The notes below the pieces were generated by a model that saw nothing but the letters and a program-made list of their open reading frames with translations, searched no databases and had not been told where the DNA came from. Both the position numbers and the translations under genes were made by a program. This document shows positions 9,159 through 21,464 of a stretch of DNA of 45,548 bases, piece by piece (position 1 is the stretch's first letter; each line of letters opens with the position of its first letter). The stretch spans positions 1-45,548 of the forward strand of contig CAVSBT010000003.1 in assembly GCA_963726245.1 (NCBI GenBank), in the 5' to 3' direction. The stretch comes from an uncultured Chloroflexia bacterium (GTDB lineage Bacteria > Chloroflexota > Dehalococcoidia > DSTF01 > JALHUB01).

Positions 9159-11053
9159 CGGAACACCACGATCGCCATGACTGCGACTGCGCCCACGGCG
9201 ATCCCCATCGCGTACCAGCGCACAAGCCCGGTCTGCGTCTGGCGCAGCCCTCCATAAGTTAGCCGGTTGACCCAGGCGATGCCTGTGTAGATCAGGTCGA
9301 CGAAGTCGCTGCGGTTGATGCGCGCGATCCAGGCGTAGGGCCAGACAAACAGCCTGTCGTACACCCAGTCGAAGCCCCAGCCGGTGAACCAGAAGCGATG
9401 GAGCTTCTCACCCACCGGCGTCTCCACCAGCCGCTCAACCTGCCGCGGGGCGCGCAGGAACAGCATGAAAGCCAGGTAGACGCCGAACAGAGTCACCATC
9501 GCGGCGATGATCTCGAACGCGGCCTCCGTCCCCGCGCCGCCGCGGGCGGTGTTGACCGCAAGCTCCGGCAGGGCGCTGTGCATGAAGTCCGAGAAGGCCG
9601 GGACGTCCCCCAGCGGGCGCGGCAGTTCGACGAAACCGCCGGCCAGCGAGAGGAAGGCCAGGATCACCAGGGGGATGCTGATCGCCAGGCCCGGCTTGTG
9701 GCTGATCTGCTGGCGCGCTTCGCCGAAGAAGGTGAGGATGACCATGCGGAACGTGTACAGCGACGTGATCAGCGCCCCGGCCAGGCCGGCCGCCCACAGC
9801 CCCGGATTGCCGATCTTCGATGACCACGTCTCCCAGAGGATCATGTCCTTGCTGTAGAACCCTGCCGTTATCAGCGGCAGCGCCGCCAGCGACGCCGAAC
9901 CGATCAGGAACGTCCAGAAGGTCAGCGGCAGTTGCTTGCGCAGCCCTCCCATCTTGAACATGTTCTGTTCGTGGTGGCAGCTGATGATGACCGCTCCCGC
10001 CCCCAGGAAGAGGAGCGCCTTGAAGAAGGCATGCACCATGAAGTGGAACATGGCCGCCGACCAGGCGCCGACCCCCAAAGCCAGGAACATGTACCCGATC
10101 TGGCTGATCGTCGAATAGGCGAGCACGCGCTTGATGTCCGACTGAGTAAGGGCAGTGAACCCCGCGATCAACAGGGTGGCCGCGCCTATGGCAGCCACCG
10201 TCAGCTCGACCCTGGGCGCCAGGGCGAAGAGCACGTGCGTCCGCGCGATGAGGTACACACCGGCCGTGACCATCGTCGCCGCGTGGATGAGGGCGCTCAC
10301 CGGCGTCGGGCCGGCCATGGCGTCGGGCAACCACGTCTGCAAGGGCAACTGCGCCGACTTCCCTACGGCGCCTCCCAGCAGCAGCAACGACGCCAGCACC
10401 GGCAGCGCCGTTCCCACCTGCCACTGCAGCGAAGCCCGCGTCATCAGGTCCTGTATCTGCAATGTCCCCAGCTTGGTGAAGATAAGGAACAGCCCCACGA
10501 TCATCGCCGTATCGCCGATGCGGGTGACGATGAAGGCCTTTCGGGCCGCGCGCCCGTTGGCGGGGTCGCTGTACCAGAAGCCGATGAGCAGGTAGCTGCA
10601 GAGACCCACGCCCTCCCAGCCCAGGTAGAGGAGCAGCAGGTTGTCGGCCAGGACCAGCGTCAGCATGAAGCCGACGAACAGGTTCATGTAGGCGAAGAAG
10701 CGGCTGTACGCTTCGTCGTCGGCCATGTACTCCGCGGAATACAGGTGGATGAGGAAGCCGACGAAGGTCACCACCAGGATCATGATCAGCGAGATGGAGT
10801 CGAGGTAGAACGCGATCTGCGGCTGGAAATCACCCACCTTGATCCACGTCCAGACCGTCTGGAGGTAGGCGTCGCCTTCGGGTGGCGAGACCAGGAAGCT
10901 AATCGCTATCAGGATGACGAAGAAAGCCGACAGCCCTACCGAGCTGACGCCGATGATCGCCGCCGCCTTTCGCGGGAGCCGCGCGCCGATCAGCGCCAGC
11001 AGGAAGTAGCCGGCGAAAGGCAGCATCGGGACCAGCCAGAGGAGCTTCAGCAA
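9155..11053 (-). CDS. nuoL: NADH-quinone oxidoreductase subunit L
   Basis: GWEGVGLCSYLLIGFW, GKSAQLPLQTWLPDAMAGPTPVSALIHAATMV. Confidence 0.96.
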   Translation of the reverse strand: MLKLLWLVPMLPFAGYFLLALIGARLPRKAAAIIGVSSVGLSAFFVILIAISFLVSPPEGDAYLQTVWTWIKVGDFQPQIAFYLDSISLIMILVVTFVGFLIHLYSAEYMADDEAYSRFFAYMNLFVGFMLTLVLADNLLLLYLGWEGVGLCSYLLIGFWYSDPANGRAARKAFIVTRIGDTAMIVGLFLIFTKLGTLQIQDLMTRASLQWQVGTALPVLASLLLLGGAVGKSAQLPLQTWLPDAMAGPTPVSALIHAATMVTAGVYLIARTHVLFALAPRVELTVAAIGAATLLIAGFTALTQSDIKRVLAYSTISQIGYMFLALGVGAWSAAMFHFMVHAFFKALLFLGAGAVIISCHHEQNMFKMGGLRKQLPLTFWTFLIGSASLAALPLITAGFYSKDMILWETWSSKIGNPGLWAAGLAGALITSLYTFRMVILTFFGEARQQISHKPGLAISIPLVILAFLSLAGGFVELPRPLGDVPAFSDFMHSALPELAVNTARGGAGTEAAFEIIAAMVTLFGVYLAFMLFLRAPRQVERLVETPVGEKLHRFWFTGWGFDWVYDRLFVWPYAWIARINRSDFVDLIYTGIAWVNRLTYGGLRQTQTGLVRWYAMGIAVGAVAVMAIVVFR

Positions 11054-11054
11054 G

Positions 11055-11363
11055 CTAACCTCGCATCCTGCTCGCCATGTCTGTGTCGAGCGTCTTGAAC
11101 CGGTGATAGGCCTGAAGAACCAGCGCCAGGCCTACGGACACCTCCGACGCCGCCATCGCCAGGATGAAGAAGAACATGACCTGGCCGTCGGGCTGCTGCC
11201 ATCGCGATCCGGCGACCACGAAGGCGAGGCCCGAGGCGTTGAGCATGATCTCGAGCGACAGCAGGACGAAGATGATGTTTCGCCGCACCAGGACGCCGAT
11301 CAGCCCAAGCATGAAGAGAATGCCCGCTATGAGTAGCCCGCTCTCCATGGGGACCGAAGCCAT
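11055..11363 (-). CDS. nuoK: NADH-quinone oxidoreductase subunit K
   Basis: [27 protein letters not shown]. Confidence 0.95.
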   Translation of the reverse strand: MASVPMESGLLIAGILFMLGLIGVLVRRNIIFVLLSLEIMLNASGLAFVVAGSRWQQPDGQVMFFFILAMAASEVSVGLALVLQAYHRFKTLDTDMASRMRG

Positions 11364-11388
11364 TGACGATTCCCCTTCTCGATCTCGG

Positions 11389-12015
11389 CTAAGACTGTTT
11401 CAGCAGCGGCTCCGGCTCGGCGGCCGCGGGAGCACGCGCTCCGCCCGCGCCTCTCGAGCCATCGCCGGAGCCTGACTCTGGACCGGCCGCCTCACGAACT
11501 TGCTGTTGGGAGGCCGCGCCGGTTCCCTCGCGGCGGCGGCCGAGGTGGTAGGCCCCGACAAGGCCCGCCAGCAGCAGGATCGATGCCAGCTCCACGCCCA
11601 GCAGGTAGGTGCTGAACAGCGCTACCCCTACCTCCCGCGGCTCCACAGCGCTCGTGCCCGCTGCCTCGGTCGTGCCCCTGGCGAGCACGTACACCAGCTC
11701 GCCGACCAGGATCAGCGCCAGGACCCCCGGCCCCAGCCACATGCTCGGCTTCAACCACTGGCCTTCCTGAACAGTGGCCTCCTGGCCCAGGTTGAGAATC
11801 ATGATCACGAACAGGAAGAGGACCATGATGGCGCCGGCGTAGACGATAACCTCCAGCCCTGCGACGAAGGGCGCGCCGAGCGTGAAGAAGATCACCGCCA
11901 CGGCCAGCAGCGACACGATCAGGTACAGCAGCGCGTGCACGGCGTTGAGCTGGGTGATCACGGCCAGAGTCGAGATCACGGCCACGCCCGAGGCCAGGTA
12001 GAACGCGACTGTCAT
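11389..12015 (-). CDS. nuoJ: NADH-quinone oxidoreductase subunit J
   Basis: [27 protein letters not shown]. Confidence 0.95.
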   Translation of the reverse strand: MTVAFYLASGVAVISTLAVITQLNAVHALLYLIVSLLAVAVIFFTLGAPFVAGLEVIVYAGAIMVLFLFVIMILNLGQEATVQEGQWLKPSMWLGPGVLALILVGELVYVLARGTTEAAGTSAVEPREVGVALFSTYLLGVELASILLLAGLVGAYHLGRRREGTGAASQQQVREAAGPESGSGDGSRGAGGARAPAAAEPEPLLKQS

Positions 12016-12029
12016 GACATGCCCGCTCC

Positions 12030-12060
12030 CGCTCGTGGTGAGCCTGTCGAACCACGAGCG
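12030..12060. repeat. Hairpin of GAGC-n-CGAA repeat family B
   Basis: cgctcgtggt-gagcctgtcga-accacgagcg, a perfect 10-bp stem. The loop is identical to 4300-4310. Confidence 0.75.
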
Positions 12061-12110
12061 CGCGAGTCTCTATTCATGGCCCTTCATGGCTTTCAACTAT
12101 TTGGCTCCAT

Positions 12111-12166
12111 CCCTGAGGGTTGAAACCCTCAGCTTCGGCTAAGCTGCGGATTTCAATCCGCAGGGT
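12111..12166. repeat. REPIN-like double hairpin, family A copy 2 (between nuoI and nuoJ)
   Basis: Reverse complement is accctgcggattgaaatccgcagcttagccgaagctgagggtttcaaccctcaggg, matching 3021-3077. Confidence 0.85.
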
Positions 12167-12173
12167 GTCTCCC

Positions 12174-12689
12174 CTAAGGCAGCAGCGTGTGCACATCCAT
12201 AGGAGGCTTTTCATTCTCAGCCTCGCCCTTGCCTTTGCCGCCGATCTCCAATCCCGCCACCCGGTAGAAGTTGTAGCCGGGATACTTGCCCACCCCATCG
12301 ATCAGCAGGTCCTCTTTCTCGTAGACCATGTTCTGCCGGTTGTACTCGGCCATCTCGTAGTCAGGGGTGAGCTGTATCGCGTAGGTGGGGCAGGCATCCT
12401 CGCAGAAGCCGCAGAAGATGCAGCGCGAGAAGTTGATGCGGAAGAACGCCGGGTAGCGCCTGCCGTTCTCATCTTCCGTCGCCTGCAGCGCGATGCAGTC
12501 CACCGGGCAGGCGACCGCGCAGAGATAGCAGGCGACGCAGCGCTCCGCGCCGTCCGGGTCGCGCGACAGGATGATCCGCCCTCTCCAGCGCGGCGGCAGA
12601 TAGGCCTTCTTCTCCGGGTACTGGATGGTCACGCGCTTCCGGAAAGCGTGCAGGAAGACGGTCCACAGGCCCTTGATCAGGCTGATCAC
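12174..12689 (-). CDS. nuoI: NADH-quinone oxidoreductase subunit I
   Basis: Two CxxCxxCxxxCP motifs ([24 protein letters not shown]). Confidence 0.96.
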   Translation of the reverse strand: MISLIKGLWTVFLHAFRKRVTIQYPEKKAYLPPRWRGRIILSRDPDGAERCVACYLCAVACPVDCIALQATEDENGRRYPAFFRINFSRCIFCGFCEDACPTYAIQLTPDYEMAEYNRQNMVYEKEDLLIDGVGKYPGYNFYRVAGLEIGGKGKGEAENEKPPMDVHTLLP

Positions 12690-12701
12690 GCCGCGTCCCT
12701 C

Positions 12702-13655
12702 TTAGCCCACAGCAAGCTCGATAGCCCCCGTTACCACCAGATTCAGCAATGCCAGCGGCAACATGACTTTCCAGCCCCAGGACATGAGCTGGTCATATCG
12801 CAGTCGCGGCAGTGTTGCGCGAAGCAGGATGAAGAACGAGATGAAGACAAACGTCTTCAGTATGAGCCAGACGACCGGCGGCAGGACCGGCCCCAGCCAG
12901 CCGCCGAAGAACAGCGTGGCCATCATGGCAGAGATCAGGGCAATGCCCAGATACTCGCCGACGAAGAACATGCCGAACTTTATGCCCGAGTACTCGGAGT
13001 GGAATCCGGCCACCAGCTCGCTCTCCGCTTCCGGCAGGTCGAAGGGTATGCGCCGGCTCTCGGCGATGCCGGCGATCATGAAGACGAAGAAGCCAAGAAG
13101 CTGGGGGATGCAGAACCACAGGTCCTTCTGCGCCTCGACGATGTCCCGAAGGTTGAAGGAGCCGGCGATGACGACGACGCCCATCACCGACAGCCCCATG
13201 AACACCTCGTAGCTCAACATCTGGGCGGCGGCCCGCAGCCCGCCCAGCAGCGAGTACTTGTTGTTCGATGCCCAGCCGCCGAGGACGACGCTGTACACCC
13301 CCATCGACGACATGCCGAGGAAGAAGAGCAGCCCGATGTTGAGGTTCACCACCGCGATGTCAGAGGCAAAAGGAATCACGGTGAAGGACATCAGCACCGT
13401 GACCATGATCACGGCCGGCGCGATCACGAACACCGGCTTGTCTGCGAAAGGCGGTATCCAGTCCTCCTTGCTGAATATCTTGATCATGTCGGCCACCGGC
13501 TGCAGCAGGCCAAAGGGGCCCACGCGGTTCGGCCCGTAGCGGTCCTGCCACAGCGCCAGCATCCGGCGCTCCACCCACATGAGCAGGGCGCTGGTCATCA
13601 GCGCGGCGCCCAGCACGCAGGCGATGATGATGATGGAGCGAAGTGTCTCGTTCAA
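12702..13655 (-). CDS. nuoH: NADH-quinone oxidoreductase subunit H
   Basis: [47 protein letters not shown]. Confidence 0.96.
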   Translation of the reverse strand: MNETLRSIIIIACVLGAALMTSALLMWVERRMLALWQDRYGPNRVGPFGLLQPVADMIKIFSKEDWIPPFADKPVFVIAPAVIMVTVLMSFTVIPFASDIAVVNLNIGLLFFLGMSSMGVYSVVLGGWASNNKYSLLGGLRAAAQMLSYEVFMGLSVMGVVVIAGSFNLRDIVEAQKDLWFCIPQLLGFFVFMIAGIAESRRIPFDLPEAESELVAGFHSEYSGIKFGMFFVGEYLGIALISAMMATLFFGGWLGPVLPPVVWLILKTFVFISFFILLRATLPRLRYDQLMSWGWKVMLPLALLNLVVTGAIELAVG

Positions 13656-16388
13656 CTGTCCGGTTTCCTTCTCGTCTGTGTGGCGAACAACGGCGTCCAG
13701 GTCGGCGGCACAAAGCTTGGCAGTCCGGGCAGGCCGACCGGCAGACCGGCGATCCCTCTCGGCAGCGTGGCCATCACCTTGACGGGAAGCTGGCGTGCCG
13801 TCCCGCCGAGCGGTAGCACCACCTCATCCCCTTCCCGCAACTTGAGTTTGCCGGCGTCCGCGGGGTTCAAGCCGAGATAGGGCTCGCGGGGCCAGCTCGG
13901 CGACGCCGGGGCTGAGCACGCTAAGCTCCTCCGACCCGAAGATGTGGTGGATGGGGACCATTAGCCACCTGTCGCCGGGCGCCTGGAAGGGCGGCGGCGC
14001 TTCCCGGAAGTAGGTCACCTGCTTCACCGGCGCCGGTTCGATCAGCCGGCGCCCGGGGTCGCCGCCGCGCAGCGGGCCGCCGACCTCGCTCTGGAACTTG
14101 TTCAACGCCTGAACTGAGTTCCAGCCGGGGGCCCAGTAGCGCGCGATAAGAGCACCCGGCGGCTGCCCATTGTACCCCTCCATGCTGAAGGCGAGGGCGG
14201 AGTCGGGGTCATCGGGCGGCTTCGGCTCACTGACGTTGACGTTGGCCAGCATGGCGGTGCGCCCGCTGTACCTGGCCGGCTGGCGCGGGATCTTCAGGCC
14301 TGCAATGCGGAAGGTCGACGGCGGCGCGATCTCCGTGACGGGCCCGAACACAGGAATGGCGGCCGACAGCGCGGCCACAACGTCGTCCAGGTCTTGCCAC
14401 TGCGCCGCCTCCGCCCGACCGAGGCTCACCATCACGTCGCGCAGCCATCGCCAGCTCTCCTGGATTTCGCCCTCCGGCACGAAGACCTGGAAGAAGCGCT
14501 GCGCACGCCCCTCGCTGTTGACGAAGGTGCCGTCGCCTTCGGCGAAGGTGGCCGCCGGCAACACGGCCTCCGCCTTCGACGTGGTGGCGTTGCCCAGGTG
14601 ATCGACGGCGATGACGTGCGCCGCGCTGCCCAGCAGCTCGTCGACGACGGCCGCGTCCGCACGGCGGTACAGGTCGTTCTCCAGCACGACGACGGTGTCT
14701 GCCGCTCCCGCCCGCACCGCTTCGAGAGCCGCCTCGAGCGTTCCGCCGCCCATCAGTCCGATGCCGAGGCTGTCGCACTCCGGCACGACGAGACATAGTT
14801 GGGCCGCCCGACCGCCCTGACAGAGCGCCCAGGCGACGTTGGCAGCCGCCTCGATGACCGCCCGGCTGGCGCAGCCGGTGCCGGAGACGATGAGCGGCCT
14901 CTCCGCCTCCTTCAACGCCCGGGCAATGTCCTCGGCCAGGGAACGCAGGTCGTCCGGCAAGGAGGCCGCAGGCGCCCCGGCGCCCAGCGCCTGAGCGACG
15001 GCGAAGCCCAGTCGAGCCAGGTCGTCGGGCGCGGCGCGGTAGGTCCGCGTGGCAACTTCGTCGAGCCTTGTGCCGTACGGCGCCGCGACGTAGAGCGGCC
15101 CCTTCTCCTGCTGGACGGCCTCTCGCACGGCGGCGTCGTCCCACTCCTGGATCTGCAGCTTTTGGGCGATCTCCATCGGCTTCTGACGCACCGACTGCCG
15201 CAGGGCGAGCGCCAGCATCGGCGCCGTGTTCGTCACGTCCTCGCCCAGCACCAGGACGGCGTCGGCCTGGGCCGCGTCATGCAGCGACGGCGACCGCGCC
15301 GGGCCGTTGCGGAGGACGTTGAGGACGGTCGACAGCAGGCCCGCGTCGCTCTCCGACAGGCCCAGGTAGAAGTGATCGGGGCCGACCAGGGTGCGCAGGG
15401 CGAAGTTGGCTTCCAGCGACGCCCGCGGCGAGCCGATGCCGATGACCTTCGTGTTGCCGGACAGGAGCGACGCCACGTGTTTGAGCGCGTCGTCCCTGCT
15501 CACCGGTTGCAGCGGCTGGCCGGCTGCCTGGCGGGCCAGCGGCTCGCGGACGCGCTCACTGCTGTTGACGAACTCGTAGCCGTAGCGGCCGCGGTCGCAG
15601 AGGAAGTAGCCGTTGACCTCGCCGTTGTAGCGGTTGCGGACCCGTCGCAGCATGCCGTAGCGCTCGCCGGGGATGGTGTTGCAGCCGACGCCGCAGTTCA
15701 CGCAGACGGAGGGAGCGGTCTGGAGGTCCCACTGCCGTGTGAAGTGCTGTTTCAGCGTCTTGTCGGTAAAGACGCCGGTGGGGCACACCTCCACCAGGTT
15801 GCCGCTGAACTCGCTCTCCAGAGTCCCGTCCTCGTACCTGCCGAAGAACACGTCCTTGCGCAGGGCGAAGGCATTGAGGTCGTGCCCGCCGGCGTAGTCG
15901 CGGTAGAAGCGAACGCAACGGTAGCACTGGATGCACCGGTTCATCTCGTGGTTGATGAAGGGGCCCAGGTTCTGGTTGCGGTACGTGCGCTTCTTGCCTC
16001 GGTACCGGCGATAGTCGTGCCCCGTCATGACGATCATGTCCTGGAGGTGGCACTCGCCGCCCTCGTCGCAGATGGGGCAGTCGTGCGGATGGTTCACCAT
16101 CAGCAGCTCGGCTATGCTCGCCCGGAACGCCTTCGCGTCCGGGTCGTCAATGGAGATGCGGATCCCATCCGTGGCGGGCGTCATGCAGGCCATGACGATC
16201 CTGCCCTGCTTGTCCTGTTCGTCCCTGAACTGCTTGACCGCACACTGCCGGCAGGCGCCGACCGAACCCATGGCCGGGTGCCAGCAGAAGTAGGGGAGGT
16301 TGTATCCCAGGGAGAGGCACGCCTCGAGGAGGTTCTGGCCGTCCTTGACCTCGTGGGGCTGGTTATCGACGAAGATCCTGGCCATCAA
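13652..16388 (-). CDS. nuoG: NADH-quinone oxidoreductase subunit G (frameshift near 13885)
   Basis: [39 protein letters not shown]. The C-terminus continues in ORF 13652-13870. Confidence 0.94.
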
Positions 16389-17667
16389 CTATCTCCAGGG
16401 GCAGCGCTTCTCACGGATATGCCGTTCGAAGTCTTCCTTGAAGTACTTGAGCGCGCTCTGCAGCGGCTCCGCGGCGCCCGGCGCCAGCGCGCAGTGCGTG
16501 TGCCCCGGGCCCATCATGCGGGTGAGCGACTCCAGCCTGTCGAGGTCCTCCGGCTCCCCTTCTCCCGCCTCGAGCCCGCGCAGGATATCCTCCGCCCATT
16601 GCAGCCCCGACCAGCAGGGCGTGCACCAGCCGCAGGACTCCTGCGCGAAGAACCGTTCGAGGGACCACACCATGCCGACGGGACACGTCTTGTCATCGAG
16701 GATGATCATCGTGCCGGTGCCCATGCGGCTCCCCACCTTCGCCACGGCGTCGAAGTCCATCGCCACGTCCAGGTGCTCTTCGACAAGGAAGTCCGTCGAG
16801 GCGCCGCCGGGCAGAAGGCCGCGCAACTTGAGGCCGTCGCGCATGCCGCCGGCATGGTCCTCCAGGATCTCCCGCACGGTGGTGCCCATCGGCAGCTCCC
16901 AGCAGCCGGGATTCTTGACCTTGCCGCTCACCCCGTAGAGCTTCGTGCCGCTGTCCGCGGTGCGGCCCAGGCCTTTGAACCACTCGGCGCCGTTGTTGAT
17001 GATGTGCGGGACGTTGCACAGGGTCTCGACGTTGTTCACGACGGTGGGCTTCCCGAAGAGGCCGCTGACCTGAGGGTAGGGCGGCTTGGCCCTGGGGTTG
17101 GCCCGCTTCCCCTCCAGCGCGTTCAGCAGCCCCGTCTCTTCACCGCATATGTAGCGGCCGGCGCTGAGGTGGAGATGCAGCTCCAGGTCGTAGCCGGACC
17201 CAAGGATGTTCTTCCCAAGGTAGCCCTTCTCGTACGCCTCGGCGATGGCCTTCGCCAGTCGCCGCGCGGCAAGCGTGTACTCGCCCCTGATGAAGATGTA
17301 GGCGATGCCGGCCTGGATGGCATAGGCGCTGCAGATCATGCCTTCGAGCAGCTCGTGTGGGTCGTCCTCCAGGAGCACGCGGTCCTTGAACGTTCCCGGC
17401 TCCATCTCGTCGGCGTTCGCGACAAGATACTTGGGACGTGGGGCGTCATCGCCCATGGGCACGAAGCTCCACTTCATGCCGGTTGGGAAGCCCGGCGCCG
17501 CCACGACCGCGCAGGTTCGATGCCTTGACCAGATCCGTCACGTCCTTGGGCGTCATGCTGCCGAGCGCCTTGCGCGCGGCCTGGTAGCCGCCGGCCTTCG
17601 CGTAGGCCTCGAGGTCCAGCGGCTCCTCGCCGGGGCGGACGTTGCGGGTGAGCGGCTGTTCTGCCAA
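16389..17667 (-). CDS. nuoF: NADH-quinone oxidoreductase subunit F (frameshift near 17500)
   Basis: [44 protein letters not shown]. Confidence 0.95.
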
Positions 17668-17675
17668 GTCCTTCC

Positions 17676-18140
17676 CTACTCGTGCTTCGCCAGGATCTCG
17701 TCGATCTTGGCCGGATCCAGGTCCCCGTACAGCTCGTCGTCCACCATCATCGCCGGCGCGTGATCGCAGGTCCCCAGGCAGACGATGGGCAACAGCGTGA
17801 AGCGGCCGTCCTGGGTCGTCTCTCCGAGCCCGATGCCCAGGCGGCTCGTCAGATGCTCGCGGATGGGGTCGTACCCCATGATCCAGCAGGAGACGCTGTC
17901 GCAGACAAGGATGACGTGTCTTCCCACCGGCTTGCGGTAGATGAGGTTGTAGAAGGTGGCGACGGAGTCCAGCTCGTCCGGGCTCATCTCCAGGAACCCG
18001 GCGAGGTCCTGGATCGCTTCGTCTGACACCCAGCCCCGATGCTCCTGCACGATCTTCATCGCGTCGATGCAGGCCGCCTTCTTCTGTTCGTAGTTCGCGA
18101 CCTCTGCCTCGATCTCCCGCCGCTCCTCTTCGCTCAGCAT
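17676..18140 (-). CDS. nuoE: NADH-quinone oxidoreductase subunit E
   Basis: VATFYN, CDSVSC, CLGTCDHAP. Confidence 0.95.
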   Translation of the reverse strand: MLSEEERREIEAEVANYEQKKAACIDAMKIVQEHRGWVSDEAIQDLAGFLEMSPDELDSVATFYNLIYRKPVGRHVILVCDSVSCWIMGYDPIREHLTSRLGIGLGETTQDGRFTLLPIVCLGTCDHAPAMMVDDELYGDLDPAKIDEILAKHE

Positions 18141-18153
18141 CCTCTTCCTCCCG

Positions 18154-19932
18154 TCACCGATCCACGTCCGACAGCACGAAGTCGATGCTGCCGAGGATCG
18201 CCAGCAGGTCGGGGAGCATGGAGCCGCGACTGATGAGCGGGACCATCTGCAGGTGGGGGAACGAGGGCGTGCGGATGCGCGTCCTGTAGGAGATCGTGCT
18301 TCCGTCGCTGATCAGGTAGTAGGCGTTGCTGCCCTTCGTCGCCTCGATGGCGACCATCGCCTCGCCGGGTGGAATGACCGGCCCCCAACTGACGCCCAGG
18401 AAGTGCGTGATCAGCGTCTCGATGTCGTGCATCGTCCGCTCTTTGAGCGGCGGCGTGGTCAAGGGATGGTCCGACTTGTACGGGCCCGACGGCATGTTAT
18501 CCAGGCACTGCTTGATGATGCGCAGGCTCTGCCGCATCTCCTCGACGCGCACGGCGGCGCGGTCGTAGCAGTCGCCGTTCTGCGCCGTCGGGATGTCGAA
18601 CTCGAACCGGTCGTACCCCGAGTAGGGCCGCTTCTTTCGCCAGTCCCACTCCAGGCCGGTGGCGCGCAGCCCGGGCCCGGTAACCCCCCACTCGATGGCC
18701 TCGTCCGCCGTGTAGGCGCCGATGCCCTGGGTTCGCGCCTTGAGGATGCGGTTGGCCATCACCAGGCCGTCGTATTCCCTGATCCGTGGCGGCATGTACT
18801 CAAGGAAATCACGCACCAGCCCGTCCCAGCCGTTGGGCAGGTCCTGCGTCACGCCTCCGATGCGGAACCAGTTGGGATGCATGCGATCGCCGCAGACGGC
18901 ACTCGATGATGTCGAGGATGCGCTCGCGGTCGCTGAACATGTAGATGACCGGCGACATCGCCCCCACGTCCTGGGCGAACGTGCCGTACCAGACCAGGTG
19001 GCTGGCGATGCGGAAGAGCTCCACCAGCATCACCCGGATCACCTCCGCCCTCTCCGGCGCCTTGATGCCCGCCAGCTTCTCGACGGCGAGGACGTACGGC
19101 AGGTTGTTCATCACGCCGCCCAGGTATTCGACGCGGTCCGTGTAGGGGATGTAGGTGTGCCACGACTGGCGCTCGCCCATCTTCTCCGCGCCCCGGTGGT
19201 GGAAGCCGATGTCGGGCACCGCGTCGATGATCTCCTCGCCGTCGAGCTGGAGCACGACGCGAAGAACGCCGTGAGTCCCCGGATGCTGCGGGCCCAGGTT
19301 GAGGAACATGAAGTCCGTATCCTCGCCCTGCCTCTCCATGCCCCACTCTTCCGGCCGGAACTGCAACGCCTCCTGCTCCGCGATCTCCTTCTCTTCCGGA
19401 AGCTGGAACGGCCCCATCTCCGTAGCCCGCGCCGGGTGCTCCTTGCGGAGAGGGTGACCCTTCCAGGTCGGCGGCATCAGGATCCGGCGGAGGTTGGGAT
19501 GGCCGTCGAACGTGATGCCGAACATGTCCCACACCTCGCGCTCGTACCAGTTCGCCGCCGGCCAGAGTGTCGGTGATGCTCGGAAGGTGGGGGTATTCTC
19601 CCTGGAGAGGCGACCTTGACACGCAGGTCTTCGTTGCGTTCGAAGGAGAGGAGGTGATAGACGACCGTCATGTCCGCGGCCGGCTGGCCCTGGCGGTTGA
19701 CGCGGAGGCGTTCGTCGATGGCGGTGAGGTCGTACAGCATGCGGTAGGGCCGGTCGACCTCGTTCTTCAGGTAGCGCAGGACGTCCCGCACGCTGTCCTT
19801 CGAGACCCACAGGGTGGTGATCCCATCGCACGTCGGCTGCTGCGCGAGCGCCTGCTCGCCGAAGCGATCGCGAAGTTCTTGCAGGATGCCACCTGCATGA
19901 CTCACGCGCGGTGAGGGTTGTAGTTCAGCCAT
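18154..19932 (-). CDS. nuoC: Fused NADH-quinone oxidoreductase subunit C/D (frameshifts near 19610, 19568 and 18897)
   Basis: [18 protein letters not shown] (C part) runs in the same frame into [11 protein letters not shown] (D part). Ends [12 protein letters not shown]. Confidence 0.92.
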
Positions 19933-19959
19933 TTCGCCCTTAAGGCAGACGCGCGACCC

Positions 19960-20600
19960 TTAGACCTCGTCTACGGGCCGCAGAAGCGTCGCCTTCTGTC
20001 TCTCGGGTCGTTTCAAGTCACGCATGGACGGCATCGACGGCACGACGACGCCCTGGGGGCCGAGCACCCAGCTCAGCGGGCGCTTCTCGTCGCCGACCGT
20101 CTTCCGCAACAGCAACAGTCCTTCCATGAACGCGTCCGGGCGCGGCGGGCAGCCCGGGCACGTACACGTCCACCGGCAGGAACTTGTCCACGCCCTGGAC
20201 CACGCTGTAGATGTCGTACATGCCGCCGGAGTTCGCGCATGAGCCCATCGAGATGACCCATCGCGGCTCCATCATCTGCTCGTAGAGCCGCTGGATGATC
20301 GGGCGCCATCTTGATGAACACCGTGCCGGCGATGACCATCAGGTCGGCCTCGCGCGGCGTGCCGCGGATCACCTCGGCGCCGAAGCGGGCGATGTCGTAC
20401 TTGCTCGTGAGGCTGGTGGCCATCTCCACGTAGCAGCAGGACAGCCCGAAGTTGAACGGCCAGATCGAGTTCTTGCGTCCCCAGGCCAGGAGATCCTGGA
20501 CGCGCGACAGCAAGACTGTGCGGCTCACCGCCTCCTCGAAGGGGCCTTCCTCCGGGTTCACCGGCCTTTGGGCCCCAGGCTTACCCAACTGCTCCGGCAT
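19960..20600 (-). CDS. nuoB: NADH-quinone oxidoreductase subunit B (frameshifts near 20302 and 20155)
   Basis: [30 protein letters not shown]-terminus ..RPVDEV with TAA at 19960-19962. Confidence 0.92.
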
Positions 20601-20616
20601 CTCTTGAATGCCCTTC

Positions 20617-21030
20617 CTATTCCGTGAATCGCCTTCGTTTCCGGCCCGATGGTCCCCAGTCAAGGGCGCCGACTCGCCACAGGTACACCAGGGCAGCGAA
20701 CAGAACCCCTATGAACACCAGAATGTCGATGTAGCCGGTCCAGCCGGCTTGATGGAGCGCCACCGCCCAGGCGAAGATAAACGCTGCTTCCAAGTCAAAG
20801 ACTACGAAGAACATGGCGATCAGGTAGAACCGCACGTCGAAGCGGACGCGCGCGGTGCCCGTCGAGACGATGCCCGATTCGTAGGGCTGGCCGGTCTGCC
20901 TCTCCGAATGCCGCTGGCCAAGGACAGCGGAGATCACCAGCATGCCCGTCACTACGACGACGACAGCGGCGAAGTAGGCGACCAGAGGCCAGAGTGCGAC
21001 TGTGAGCACGGCTATTGCGGATCCTTCCAT
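20617..21030 (-). CDS. nuoA: NADH-quinone oxidoreductase subunit A
   Basis: [24 protein letters not shown]. Confidence 0.95.
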   Translation of the reverse strand: MEGSAIAVLTVALWPLVAYFAAVVVVVTGMLVISAVLGQRHSERQTGQPYESGIVSTGTARVRFDVRFYLIAMFFVVFDLEAAFIFAWAVALHQAGWTGYIDILVFIGVLFAALVYLWRVGALDWGPSGRKRRRFTE

Positions 21031-21345
21031 CGGCGATGGGCCGCTGACTGCATGATCGTAAAGGGCCGCGATAACGGCCCCCCCGCGCCGTTGCCCAAGC
21101 CCAGGCGAGTTGCTTGGGGCGCAGACCTGATCGTACGGGAGGTCTTCGCCTCAAGCGTGGTCCTCATCCTGAGGACGAAGAGCGGTGCCGGATGAGGCCT
21201 GACCAGCGTCATCCGCCAGCCGGTCAAGCCGCACCTGCTTGAACCAAGGATCGATTGTAGCTGACGGCACCCTTGGCGTCCAGCGTTCGGGCGATGCCAG
21301 CATAACGGGCTGCGCGCAATCATCCGCGGGCCGCCAGAACACTGC

Positions 21346-21375
21346 TTGTAAACGCGTCCGCAAGCCAGTTATGAT
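21346..21375 (+). promoter_or_regulatory. Possible sigma70-type promoter for ligD
   Basis: TTGTAA-N18-TATGAT in the divergent nuoA/ligD gap. Confidence 0.3.
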
Positions 21376-21464
21376 CAATGATCGCACCGAAAAACATCAA
21401 CAGAAGGTAGATTGAGGCACATGCCGTGCGAGCGGGCCGCAAAAAGCTCCGCGACCTTCGTTCC

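Noticed and set aside
12120-17528. Long plus-strand ORFs (586 aa, 909 aa) and similar antisense ORFs across the window
   Set aside because: Shadow frames of high-GC genes on the opposite strand, with no recognisable motifs.
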